NCBI GenBank assembly: GCA_002633005.1
Contig: NMRA01000133.1
Location: forward strand, 816,307 to 880,306
Length of the DNA stretch: 64,000 nucleotides
Direction: 5' to 3'
Source: Phoronis australis
Taxonomy: Eukaryota > Animalia > Phoronida
Part shown: piece after piece, positions 51,489 to 64,000 of the stretch
Position numbering within the stretch: position 1 is the stretch's first letter
Layout: the number at the start of each line of letters is the position of its first letter
Notes under the pieces: model-generated
Told to the model about the DNA's origin: nothing
The model's database searches: none
The model's input: the letters and a program-made list of their open reading frames with translations, nothing else
Made by a program: the position numbers and the translations under genes

Positions 51489-52172
51489 GGAAAGCCAGAG
51501 CAGAAAAAAAATCCAAGACACAAATTTTCTATTCAAGAATTAAATTCCCTGCAGAACCAAAAAATCTCAAAACCAAAATTGATCACACCAGAACCTATCA
51601 TATTTCACATCAGGACCAAAATTAAACATGTCAGGACAGAAAATATATCACACCCCGGACATATAATTTCTTACAAGGAGAAAGTTTCCTTCCAGGAAAA
51701 ATTTCATGCCAGGAGACGTGACAGTGTTGGTCTGCTGTGTCTTTAATACTCAACCGTATTCAAGTCCAGTGTGTCCAAGTGTACATTGGTTTCTGGTGTA
51801 AAACGTGGAAGAGACAACAGAAATTCAACCTGATTGTCGTTGTGTACCTATTACATCATCTCTTTGAGGGGCCACGTGCTTGTGGATGGTTACGTGGTCT
51901 CCAGGCATGAAATTTTCCTAACTTATGAAATTTTCCTGACATAGTAAATTTTTTGTCCTTGCGCATTAATTTTTTGGTCCTGACATAATAAATTTTCTGT
52001 CCTGGCGTGATAAATTTTCGGTCTTTACATTTTGAATGTTGGTCCAGGGGGCATAAGTTATAGGTCATAGCATGATAAATTTTGGTGTTTAGTATAGTTT
52101 TTGGTCCTGCAGAGAACTTAACTCTTGAACAGAAAATTTGTGTCTTGGAATTTTTTCCGCTTTGGTTTCCCA
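51488..52172. mobile_element. Long inverted repeat pair (MITE-like, arms of about 230-270 bp)
   Basis: aaaaaatccaagacacaaattttctattcaaga...gaaaaatttcatgcc (left) versus ggcatgaaattttcc...tcttgaacagaaaatttgtgtcttggaatttttt (right). Confidence 0.8.
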
Positions 52173-53612
52173 CAGTATGTGGAAGTCACGTTAGACTCAC
52201 AAACTGCTGATTACTGTTTCTACTTCGTTAGCGTATGAATCTCTTTGTACAATAGATAGGTTCATTAGGTAGTGCAAACGTGTTGAAATTTCCAGAAGTC
52301 TTTGGAGAAATGAGCTCCAACTAGCAAGTCTTGTCATTACACTGTTATTTACAGCCCTGTTGAAATCTTAATTGAAGTCTCTTTACTGTATCATGCACTG
52401 TGTTTACGGTATTTAATTACGAATAACTTAGACGGTAACGATTTTTACGCAAATGCTAAGCTGTGAGCTATGGTTAGGCAAAATAGAAAAATTCCTAATT
52501 GCTTACTAAAGAATGCAGTAATTGATATAATGGCTAAAAGAAGAATTTTCAATTCTCAAGTTGTAGGATTTCTTTTTTTACTTACAGAAATTACTTGTTT
52601 TAGTCTCAATATGAAGGGAAAATGATGGTTTTGGATCCTTATTTTTTAGTCTTATGCAGTGAAAGTAAACCAAAGTTCCCCTAATGGGAAAGCACCTTTC
52701 GATGTGCCGTGGACTTCTCTAGATACTTTAGGGTAAACGGACTGTACCATTTCTCGTTCACTTGTGTGCAGATCTTGATAGCGTACAGTGTTCTCCACAC
52801 TCAAAAATTCAAGCAGGTCACGTTTACAACCACTTTAAAATTTCAGACAGTTTGCAGCACGAGCATATCATAGCAAACACACAAAAATGATGATGCTTTT
52901 TGTTCAAAATGAAAAAAAAATTGCGCTTCATGCTATTTAAACAGGTCAGAGGCAAAACACATTGTCGTGACCTGTGAAAACAGGTCATGGAGAACACTGT
53001 GTAAGATATGCCTTATGATTGCATATTTAGACATAACTCCAACGTCATAAACCACAAATAGATGTCTTGCTACAACTGAGCAGTTGAGTTTATAGTATCC
53101 AGAGTTTTAGTGAAGATTTCATGGCTCAGTGCATTAGGTATATCATGTGTTTTCAAAGTTGTGGAAGCTTATAAAATAAATACCAGCATTAGTCTCTAAT
53201 AACATTCAATACAAATGTGGTTTAATGATGGTATAAATGAATCACCTGAAAAGCTCTATTGAGCATAATCACCATTGCAACAGCAGTATAAATTTCAATT
53301 GTGAAACCGTAGTGTATAACAACCCTCAGCTTTTATACTGTGGCGTTGAACACCATGGAATTCAATTGATCGAATGAATAGGTTATAAAAAGAAAAACAA
53401 ACAAGAGGGGTTATCAAAAGAATAAAAGTAGAAATAATAAACGGTTACTTTGTATCTCTAACAGTAATGTTCACGACATATCTTTATAGTTTTGGTAACC
53501 ACCAGTTGCTGCTGTAGCATGCAACGCAAACACTAAACGCGTTGGACTGTACTTTGATCAGCACCAAAATTCTCCAGTTTGCACAAGACTGTTGAAGTGG
53601 TATTTTTTTAAG

Positions 53613-53765
53613 CAATGTGATGACTGTCATGGATATTTTGAAAAAAGCCGAGCACACCCTGTCCGAGTGTAGCAGCAGTGACATGGAAGCACTGGACGTG
53701 TTTGCTGAAGATGGTTGCTTAGTAGAAACGGTGAAACCTCCCAGTCCTGTCTTCCTTGAAGATGA
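53613..53765 (+). CDS. Gene 2 exon (NVMTVMDILKKAEHTLSEC...SPVFLEDE), internal or alternative first coding exon
   Basis: tttttttaag acceptor, GA|GTGAGT donor, 153 nt, phase 2/2, open frame. Confidence 0.6.
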
Positions 53766-56700
53766 GTGAGTTATAAAGCTATGTGTGATGAGTAATTTCT
53801 ATTATGGGAATTGATATGCAAAATGTTCAAGATGTTTTGTACCCTGTTCAAGTAAGTTGGTCAAAAACTAAAATCCATTTGTGTATTAATCTCATAAAAT
53901 CAGTTTTATGATATTCCTTGCTGTGATAGGATTTTATTTCCATTATCAACAAGAACATCAAAATCTACAGCAAGTCAAGAAAATGCATCACGGTGAGGAA
54001 CGTTATGAGACATAGTGTATGAAAGTAAAAGGCCTACGTTAATTTGACATTCATTCTTTAGCCAGCTAAACAAGTCAAATGCAGCTTTGAAGATGACATC
54101 AACCAAAAATTTTTGGTGGAAATCCATTAATCTCTTTCTGGCCTAATACTGGTGCTCACATTCAACATTCTTGTTTTGGTGTAATTATTTTGCTTACATT
54201 TATTCCAAATACAATAGTAAGTGGACTCTCACAGACATGATTGTTACTTGATGTGATACCAAAATGAATACCGTGTGATGTCAGTAACTGAATCGGGCGC
54301 TTACACTTCTCGTTTCCATCTCAAAGTTAGCTGCCATTGTGTTATTTGTTCATTGAGTTAACCCAAATAGCCTAATGATTATCGAGTATCTTTGATATTC
54401 TCTTGATGTCGACATTAATAAGCCAGGTGTCGTCACGCACTGCTGTGCTCTGTTTCAGTTGGTAGGTAGCCTGGAAAAATTAACATATTTGATGACATCC
54501 ACATGACTAATGACCACCTGCGTTGCACAATTATTTATTATTAGAAGTCCACGTGTAGTGGAGAACGAAGTAGTTAGAACAAAGTAGTTATGACGCCAAC
54601 GTTGACCAAAATATCACCTAAGAATCAATCTTACGTCATGCCCTTGATACCTAAGAAGTGTGGAAAGCTTTTTATTGGCTTCACTCCACACAGCTAATTG
54701 TGCACCACTGTTGAAAATTACATCACCATAGTGATAGTGTGACTTTCCCAATTAGTGTCATCTATAGATTGCCTTGAGTACGAAGTTTAAAATCAGTGCA
54801 AAATACGTATAAAATAAAGACATATTAATCGACATTTCAGTTATTATCACTGAACCATTCTCAAGACAAATGCCTCAACCAAAACATCAACCAATACAAT
54901 GTCTTTGTTTAGGGTATGCACTGATTTGTAAGTTTGTTCTCATATTTTGAGCAAAAACAATTTCTTCCATTGTGCCATGTCCTCCACATTTTCTGCCTCT
55001 GCTTTGATCATTGCCACCACTCTGTCTATGTTTGGTTAGATTGGAACAAGTACACCTTGGGCAGATGTAGTGTTCCTACAGGCCTCATCTGAGTGTTGAA
55101 AGCCAATGTACACAGTCTCACTCAACAATCTTAATTAAATGGTGCACTATCAGTGCTGATAATGAAAAGGTATTCGTGAATGGGAGCCTGCATCCTTTAT
55201 AACCAAAAAATAATATCGTGGTATAGAAATGGCATATGTAGAGGACTCTACAAACTGGTCCTCACTGTGTTCCTCACTCATAGTTACCTGTATTTCTACT
55301 TAGTTACCTATCATTAGCTGATGTTTATCAAAAATTTATTCAAGTGCTGAAATGTCAGTGCCTCAGCAGTCAAAGACTTAAATTCCAGTTTACATTTTTG
55401 TTTCAATCCCATCACCATACATTTTACTAGTACTTCATTACAAGCTCTGCATTTAGCTTATAATTAGATGAGGTGTCAGGTGACAATGAAGGTAATTTTC
55501 TCACTCTGTTCAGAAGAGCTAGTTGTTATTTCCCAACCACGTAAGAATAGGAAGATTATATATCACTGGGCAGGGGCGGTAGGAGGTGTCGATTACTGGT
55601 AGGGGATGTAAATCACTGGGCAGGAGTGTTAGGGATGTAGATTACTGGACAGGGGCAGTAACGGGGATGTGGGTCAGTAACGGGGATGTGGATGATTGGA
55701 CTGCGGAGTTAGGGAGGTATAATGTATATTTTCGACAGACAAAAATATTTATTTGGTTCTGAGCCTTTCTGTCAATTACTGACAAAAATTTGGAAAGTTC
55801 ATTATTCATTTCAGAGAATTAGCATTAATGCCCATTTTGGTAAAGATTGGTGTGATTTGGCATATTTACTGTCCGCCTTTTGTAAATTTTGGTTTCCTGT
55901 AGACAATCTGTTGCAATAATTTCATAGCCTTTGTTATGTTATGTGTTCAGTGATTACCTTATAGCCACAAACAGACTTCTGACTTGTAGCAGCCATTCTT
56001 TAGCAATTGCTCTTGCATTTCAACGGTACTCAGCAAAAATATTATTTATAATCTGTGGTAGCTCTTAAGTTTATGTGTAAGAACTGAAGACCTTCCAGAA
56101 ATCTTGTGTCTGTCAAGCATAGATTGCAGCCTACAGAGTTATGAGGAAGATAACAGTGGGGTCAGAGTGCAGTGAACTAATAATAACTATAAAGAAACTA
56201 ACACACTGTTGCTGCTTCCCTGTAGCCAAGAAAAACAAGATGGAATGTTAAACTTGACTGGAGCACAAAAAATACTTGAGTGTATTTGATTACAGGTTTG
56301 TGAATCAGGTATCACACTGTTTCATTGTCATCACCATTAAGATTCTTATTGCTGAAATATATTTATAAAAAGGGAAAGTTGTAAAATTTCCGTCACTGTG
56401 TGCTTAAAGTGGCTTTAATTGGCCCGCCTTAAATCCAGAAAAACAATATTTAGACTTTTTACCATTATGAAATAAAATGGAGATGATTTCAGAGCTTTGA
56501 AGGAAGTAACTGTTTGTTATTGCTTAAAATCAGGCTTTGCTAGTTCATTACAAAAACATCCTGTTTGGTTTCAATTCCAGGCAGCTGTTTCTAAATCCAG
56601 ACTAGAATTTCTGATAAACGGGCCTTTTGAGGAAATCAGAACTTGTACATCTTATCTATTCGTAGAGAAGTGCAAACTGCCGTAATGGGCTGAGTTTCTA

Positions 56701-57439
56701 AACTGGCTTGTCATGACATGTCATTATATGCGTGGAGCGTAGTCTCAATGAAATCACTTCTCATATGAGTAAGGAAATGTCAATACCAAATTTAAAGCCG
56801 CAAGTGGTTTGAATAAAAAATTTGCTACTTGGGTGGACCTCAGACAGGGTGGACCATGAGATTATAACCCTTTTAAGTTGTCCAGTAGCAACTTGTTATG
56901 TAACAATATGAGACTCTATTTTTATACACAATGCTTTTACAGTGATTTTTAAGTACAATGGGGTGAGTGTTCTTTTCAAATATTATACAAATTGTTTGAA
57001 CCTGTTCAACACTTGTCACTTAAATAAAATGAAATTTATTCATTCATATTAACTTATTTTCTGGAGTAGATTGACTATGCTTTAGCGAACCAAGAAAAAC
57101 GATTCAGTTCAGAGACCAAAATATCCAAAGGCATCTTCAACTAAATATGTTCACAAGTTCTTACTAGTTTACAACATGGCCAATAGGTGGGGCATGCAGT
57201 TAGGGCAATGGTCTGGCATCCAGCCTCTCTTAGTATTGGTGTCTGGTCAGCATATTTGTCATCTGGTTCATGATTGGTCAATCAAAGATCAAGTCAATCC
57301 TGTATTTAAATCAGTTAAATATAAAAGGCATGCTTGCACAACCTTAACTGACATAACTTGAGTGATCACCTTGTCCACTGCTCAGGAACTCCAGTCTGTG
57401 GTTTATGGTACAAACTTGCTTCCATTTTTGCATCTCTTA

Positions 57440-57859
57440 AGTCCCATTTAGACATCATCTTTTGGCCCGGCGCAACTGACACGGAGCAAATTGACCCGTG
57501 TCAAGCAGCCGTTTACACACACAACTCACTAACCGTGGCAAGACGGAAATTACAGGCTGGTGAGACTGGATCGCACATGCGCAGGTTTACAAATGAGAGT
57601 TGCAGAGACAAAGAACCCGTACGTAGGTCATTGCACAAGTGCAGTAGAGATGATCCTTTCCGCCTTACTCCAGTTTCGCGTTTAGACTTATAATTGACAC
57701 GGCGCAAGATGTTCGGGCGCAAATTACTCTACCTCACAAACGGGTGGCAAAAGTTTTCCACAGCGGTGTCAATTTGCACCGTGTCAATCCTTTTACACAC
57801 TGGAACAACTTGTTCCGTGTCAGCTGATCCGTGTCAACTTTGTAAGCGTAAATGGCACT
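57440..57859. mobile_element. PIF/Harbinger-like MITE
   Basis: Imperfect TIR agtcccatttagac / gcgtaaatggcact; inverted subterminal ctgacacggagcaa / ttgttccgtgtcag; flanks tta / ata; CpG-rich. Confidence 0.6.
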
Positions 57860-60572
57860 ATAAAGGTTATCCAATTAACATCATTGAGCAACAATTGAAT
57901 GCATAGTTGTCAAAGAAAAGTTACATGAAATGAGATAGATAGCTCTAGACAACTTTAAAGTTAAAATATGCATACAAATCAGATCCTAAGCTAAGTATGG
58001 TAAAACAGTATATAACCAAATACCTGGTAATCTTGTTTTCGAGATATTCACTAGATTCTATAAATACTAGTAGAGGCCGTATGCAACAATATCAATATAA
58101 TAAAACATCTTGAACATAATTTCATAAATGTTTTTGTATCAAGTGTACATAACAAAAAGATGATTTTCAGATTTTTTAAGATTTAAGGAAACGATCTGAT
58201 AGAAAATTAAGATAATTTTTTATTTCCATGGGAGACTGCTTCATAGAATTACTAACAGTAATATTAAGTATACATAGAAACTTGTACTGGTGTCTGCAAA
58301 ATTTCTTTTTAAGTGGTAATTTTACTGTCCATGAATTTCAAATAGATATCAGCTTATCTGGCAGTCACCTAGGACTCTGGAAATCAATGGCCAATTCCAG
58401 ATAACATCATTACCATCAATAGTCTCTGTATTGGCAGTTGCCATGATTAAACGGCCCTAAAATTTCGTTAGCCTGTAAAAATAAACACAGATTATTTGGA
58501 TTGTGTTTGAATGCTTGTGAACTAAATAATTACTATTCATCTATTAAGGGCTCAAACTATTGTGCTTGTTCATATATGATTTAGTACTGTTCAACTGAAT
58601 TGATTTTTCATTCTCCAGAAAGGGGGCTTGTGCCAAATTTCAGAGGCTATTCTTGGCAATCACTTGAGATCAATGTAAACCATTGTTTGTATTTGTGTAT
58701 TCCATGTTTGACTTTGGTTGATTGGACATTTTATGCTGATCCTTGATAAAACAAGGTTCACACCTGTGAAGGTTCCTAGTTCTCAGGATTTACCAGCATA
58801 GTGACAGGAAAACAGGATGATAGGGGCAACGTTTTATCGGTAACAACGTTTTTATACTAGAGATTTTGAACTCTATTTGGACCAAGATGTCCTTTGGCAT
58901 GTGGATGCAAGACCTGTCTGAGGACTTCACCCCAATGTGGCTGTAAGTTGAACATTCGCCATAGAGGCACTATGATTGTCCTTGAAGAACACTCATTTGT
59001 AATTAATTATCCTTCTGATTTGTCCTTTGGTTATTATTCATTGACTTAGAATAGAACGATGGAGAAGTGGCACTTGGGGTGAGGCTTTTGTAGTGATTTC
59101 GATCGTTTTTGGCTGTGATTCGGAATTGTGGGCAAAAAATGACTTGTTTCGGAAGTCGAGATTTATTGGGACTGGTATCGAAACATAATTGACACCAAGA
59201 ATTGAGGAAAAGGTCCACAAACCTTGGAAACATGGAATGGGTTTCCCTCCCCCCTTCTTTTGGTGATATTTAGCATGCAGTTAACAGTTTGGTAAATTTT
59301 AAACACAAAATCTGTGAATCTGTTTTGTAAAGACTTTTCAAAATTCAAGAAGGGTAATGGCTGTAGCAATCAATTTGTTTAACAGATTTTCAGATGAAAG
59401 TTTTTGAAATTAATTTGATGTTTTCTTCTGTGTACAGTAATTGTTTGTAGCAGAAGGCTTCAAAATTGGCCCTTGGATTGAGGTTGTTCTATAAAATAGA
59501 CTTCTAGAAATGTACTGAGCTACTAAACAAAATTTTGGACTAATGGAAATACGAAATAACTGAAGCAGCTCTATATGTAGTTCAAGGAAATGAAACCATT
59601 TCAGAGATTAACGAACTTATATTGAGATCTATTTTACACAGCTGCGTTATGAAAAGCTCTCCAGTTGGTAACTGACTACAAGTTTCAGCACAGACACTAT
59701 TGTTCACGTAACAAAGCACTGTTTTGGCAACACTTTGTTAGAATTGTTAATTCAAAAGCATGTCTACATAGGTGTAAAAGGTTATGTTGACACAAGCCCA
59801 CTTGATTGATTCAAAAGTAGATCGAGATCCCTGTGTTTTATGTAATATTTGTTGTTGGTAATGAAGTAGTCTCCGTCTCGTTTTGTTACCTTCAGTTTTG
59901 AAGTTGAAGCTTAATGAGAAATTATAATTCTAACAATGGTAAAGAGTCTTTTTTGCATACCATGAAACTGTTTCGCTACAGGATATAGTGTTTAGAAAGT
60001 CTCTACTGAATATTTTGTATTTTGTTGTATGTGTCAGTGATGAGTTTTCAATTTATTTAATAAGAGTGAAAGTGTTTACATACAAACATACAAGTGATGA
60101 CCATACTGAGTTCTGAAGTGGTTGTGGGTATAGTATAATGCTGTCCTCAGATGAGGCTTCTCAATAACCAGTTTCATTTCCATGGATGTGTAACCAAGTT
60201 CTTGGCCATGTCTAGTGTAAACACGTTGCCTGTACATAAAGTGTGTTGAAAATGGTTGAATGGTGATTGACTGTTCTTGTTGTTCAAATATTTACGTTGA
60301 AATTTAGGAACAGTCAAATATAGTTTCCGAATATTGGGCAATCATTCTGTACTACAACGTTTGTCATGTACAGGTTTAAACTTATTTCTGTGGAAGGAAC
60401 GGGTTCTCATGCAGCCAGAACTTATTTAAGGTAAACCAACTTATAATTATACCGGGTATTTACTGGGCAGTTGCCTTTCCATCATACTCATTTCGTCATT
60501 ATATTGAAACGTCCTGCCATGGTTAAGCTCTGTGGCTTGTGACTGTCCTACATCTGATTTATATTTTTCCAG

Positions 60573-60783
60573 GAAACAGTCACGGATGGGGATGGAGTCC
60601 CGTGAGGCAGTGTACCAGAAAGCAATGGACTTGTTGACTGTACGGTGTACAAGTGTGCAGGGATCTAGTGTGGAGCCTCAGGACGAACCTTTGATCTGCG
60701 TCAATAACCCGCCATTTGGCATCAACTTGCCTAAATACTTCTATGTGCAACAAAACAGACCCTTGCCAATGCCACCATTAAAG
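60573..60783 (+). CDS. Gene 2 exon (KQSRMGMESREAVYQKAMDLL...RPLPMPPLK)
   Basis: tttttccag acceptor (phase 2), AAG|GTATGA donor (phase 0). Confidence 0.78.
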
Positions 60784-61708
60784 GTATGAGTCATTGACAG
60801 AAGATTTCTAGAAGTGAATCGAAAGACATCTATGCATTATTTCTGAAATGTTTGCCACACTTGTCCAATTGAAACTTTTGCAAGAAAGCTTGCTGCAAAA
60901 ATTCTAGCTGTGACTGTATGGGCTCACTTTTCATGCACATTTCACACTTTCATTACTTTCAACAGAATTGTGCCATGTTAGTTTTGTTGTACGCATGCAT
61001 ACATTACTGGCTCCACAAATGTCAATGTCAGAACAAACTCCAACAGCACAGCTTAGCAAAAAAAACTCTCTTGTTGTAACAGTCTCAATAAGTATGAGCT
61101 AAGCTTAGTGTTATCGATCATTGCTCATTTTGCCTAAAGGCGTCAATATGAATTTTACCGTCACTAACTCAAATATGTTACTAAGTGACTAATAAGCATA
61201 TTATCTGACAAAGTCATTAATTTTTGTTTGCAACTGAATGTTTTTTTCATGTATTAGGATTTTCGTTTGCTTGTATTTTTTGAAATTCATTCCCCTTAAC
61301 TTTAAACCAAATGTTATTTATTTTAACTATTATTGCTTAGCAAAAAATTCATAAAGCGTTATAATTGTGATTGTATATTTTTTGTTGAATACATCGAGAA
61401 AGCTAAAGATGAGAGTCCTTGAACGATAGTTTATTAGTGATGTCACGTGCTTGGCTTGTGGAGGGCGACATTCCACTTGATGGCATGCGTAATCACACCA
61501 AACTGGCAAGATACTAGGATTAGGATTGTTAAAAGTATTTTATTATTTCAAATGATCGAAAAATAAATGTCCATGTGTATAATATGTTAGAGCTACATTG
61601 GATAACTTTTAAAATGCTGGCAAATTTCAGAAACAAAAATTTGAATTTTAAAGATTCATTTGAATAATTATGTACAGGTTGGTTATAGTTCATGTTTTGA
61701 TATTTTAG

Positions 61709-62476
61709 GCATGGCGTGGTTACAATGGGAATGTTTACTTTGAGCCCATGCAAGTTAACCAGGTGAAACGTTGTGTACCTGAACGGCAAACTCCTGACGT
61801 TGAAAGATGTAGTGATAAACTGAAGAAAATTCTTGAGCCTCGTGTTAAAGGTTCCGACTCTAGTCAGCACCAGTCAACCCAACCAAGTACCCGTAGTGAG
61901 AAAACTAGCAAATCACGTCACAGTTCAGACTCTGGAAATGAGAGTGTCACACAAATGACTGTCAGTATTTCGGACAAGAAAGCCATACTGAACAGACTGA
62001 ATCAAAAATTATTGCGAGAGGAGGAATACCAGCCAGAGGTGAAAGAGACCGTAGGTAGTCTCAAGGTGGACTCAAATGCTGCAGGAATGAAGCAAAAATC
62101 AAATAAGGGGAAACCAACTTATCAGAAGGACAGGATTTGTAAAGGATCAGTTGCACACAAAGTGGCCTTGCAGAAAAAATCACAGCCGTATTTTTCCGTT
62201 AATGGTGGGAAATTCATGGCTCCATCAACAATGTCACCTTTGCTTCGAACGCAGACACAGTATTCCCAAAGCAGCCAAAGACTTGCGACAAACAGCCCAG
62301 ATTTGTTCAATTCAGGGGCTTATGAAAAGTTTCCCCCACTGGATCAATTACGTGCTAGTTTGAGACACATGGACAATACGCCCAATAAACGAATGGTTGT
62401 GGTTCCACCAAATATTGCCAAAGGACAGAATCAAAAGGCAAGACCAGCTTATGTGAAGTTCAGCCATGATCGGTAG
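61709..62476 (+). CDS. Gene 2 large exon, K/S/Q-rich; ends at TAG or splices at 62472
   Basis: tattttag acceptor (phase 0) in frame with the 242-aa ORF. The 3' end is ambiguous (CG|GTAGTC donor or TAG stop). Confidence 0.75.
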   Translation, partial: AWRGYNGNVYFEPMQVNQVKRCVPERQTPDVERCSDKLKKILEPRVKGSDSSQHQSTQPSTRSEKTSKSRHSSDSGNESVTQMTVSISDKKAILNRLNQKLLREEEYQPEVKETVGSLKVDSNAAGMKQKSNKGKPTYQKDRICKGSVAHKVALQKKSQPYFSVNGGKFMAPSTMSPLLRTQTQYSQSSQRLATNSPDLFNSGAYEKFPPLDQLRASLRHMDNTPNKRMVVVPPNIAKGQNQKARPAYVKFSHDR

Positions 62477-64000
62477 TCTTACTGGTGCCAGTTATACAGT
62501 GAAGAATATTTTTGGTGGTGACAAAATTTTGGCAATATTTTTAAATGGAACTGAAACAACTTGTGCTGCAAAATCTGTACTCTTTCATTTTTCAGGTGCA
62601 AGTGACCATTTTGCACTTGCACTTGGACAACTGAGAGGCTGTAATATTGAAGATTGTTTGTTTATTTGACCATCTTTATTGTATGATCAGTGTTGTTGCC
62701 AAATTTAGATGTCTTAGTTCTGATAAGTGTTGGTGTTGTCTAGTGCTTGCTATCTCTACCACTGACAACACTATTCAATTAAACACAAGTGTTCCGGGGA
62801 AATAGATTTGCAATTGTTGACACAAAATAATGTTTTAGCTGTTAGCATTGTCATATGGGGAGTTACAGCTAGTGTTGTAGTGCTACTGATCCAAACAGTG
62901 CTATTGTTTGAAATTGGTTCGATTCTTTCTGCATGTTAGATCACCATGCGCGTCACGTCACGGTGCTTTCAGTTTGAAATCAAATATGCTTGGTTCTGTA
63001 GCAGACGCTTATCGTCCAGCAATGAAAACGTGGCATACAGTTGAGAACTTAAATCTGGCATATTTTGTTATGTTGCAAAAGTACCATTTGGAAATGTCTT
63101 ATGCCCTGGCTATCATTAGCCACATCCTGAAATCCATCTGCACTTTTGATATATCTACTCGCAGCACTTAAGTCGTCACTTTTAGTCTCGCTTTTGCAAC
63201 ATTGGATTTCATAATTTGCTTTACCGTAACTCTTTGTTTTTATGCGGATTTATTGATATTCGTCCTTCTGATGCCAGTCACAAGTAATTGCTGTTGAAAA
63301 CTACAAGACAGTCACGATGAAGTTCACCAAGTTAAAAACGAACCTTACGGGTTCAAGATCATGTTGACTTCCACATCTCCCATACAACTAAGGATTCGCA
63401 CTGCTCAAGCAGCACTGCAGTTATCCAGTATGTTTTCTTACCTCATAGTCCAGAAGAGCGTAGTTTGGAATGCGACTGTTCGTACATAGAATGGAAATAC
63501 ACAAGCGTGACTGCATATATTGTTAGTCTGAGAATGCCTTACTGCATATGATTTTTGGTGCTATGCGTGTATATACATCTCAAATGTTGTTTCTCGTCAC
63601 TTGTATCTGTTTTATTTTCTGGTTTTGTGTATCACGTTTTTGTACAGAGCACATCAAAAATTCTTTTAACACATGCATTTCAAGTGCCTTATGGGAGACT
63701 TTTTGTCTTGGTATTAGTCTGTGTACAATGTCTGTAACCTAGATCATTGGCAGTAAGTAGTATCAGATTAGCGGGTGCAGTACTTTTCAAAATAAACTGG
63801 ACAACGTCGAGCTTTGACAAAGTTTTGTTGCATATTCTGAGCAACAGAATTAGCTAAGAGCAATAATAACAATAACAATAACAATAAAGTCAAATTCTGT
63901 TATTTGTAGTTTGATAACAATGATATTTTACTGTGACAAAATGTTGCATCTAATTACCAATTAATAATGGCATAAAGTGTGTTAGTGTTTGACAGTTTTA

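Noticed and set aside
62908-63420. Possible Penelope GIY-YIG tail (TWHTVENLN) and decayed hammerhead near 63312
   Set aside because: The similarity is too weak and the core hammerhead boxes are not intact.

Overview
Eukaryotic, AT-rich, intron-rich DNA from an animal, probably a marine invertebrate; the species cannot be identified from the sequence alone. Two spliced + strand genes can be built by hand with consistent GT-AG phases. Gene 1 (1026-24177, 5' end outside the window, 1647 aa in 11 exons) is an MGA (MAX gene-associated)-like transcription factor. It has MGA-type conserved motifs, acidic WDR5-binding-like motifs and a C-terminal bHLH-leucine zipper, and unexpectedly a zf-CXXC (unmethylated-CpG-binding) finger split over two exons. 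Gene 2 (48388-62476, about 528 aa in 4 exons, possibly continuing) is an unrecognised low-complexity protein. The non-coding DNA contains non-autonomous transposons: a Helentron-type (HINE/DINE-1-like) element carrying 12 co-oriented CTCF-consensus-like motifs, nested hAT-like elements with 5-bp and 6-bp TSDs, two small inverted-repeat elements carrying minimal hammerhead ribozymes, a tRNA-derived head, MITEs and several minisatellites. No prokaryotic systems, CRISPR arrays, rRNA or intact transposase ORFs were seen. Family assignments rest on remembered motifs, not on database searches.
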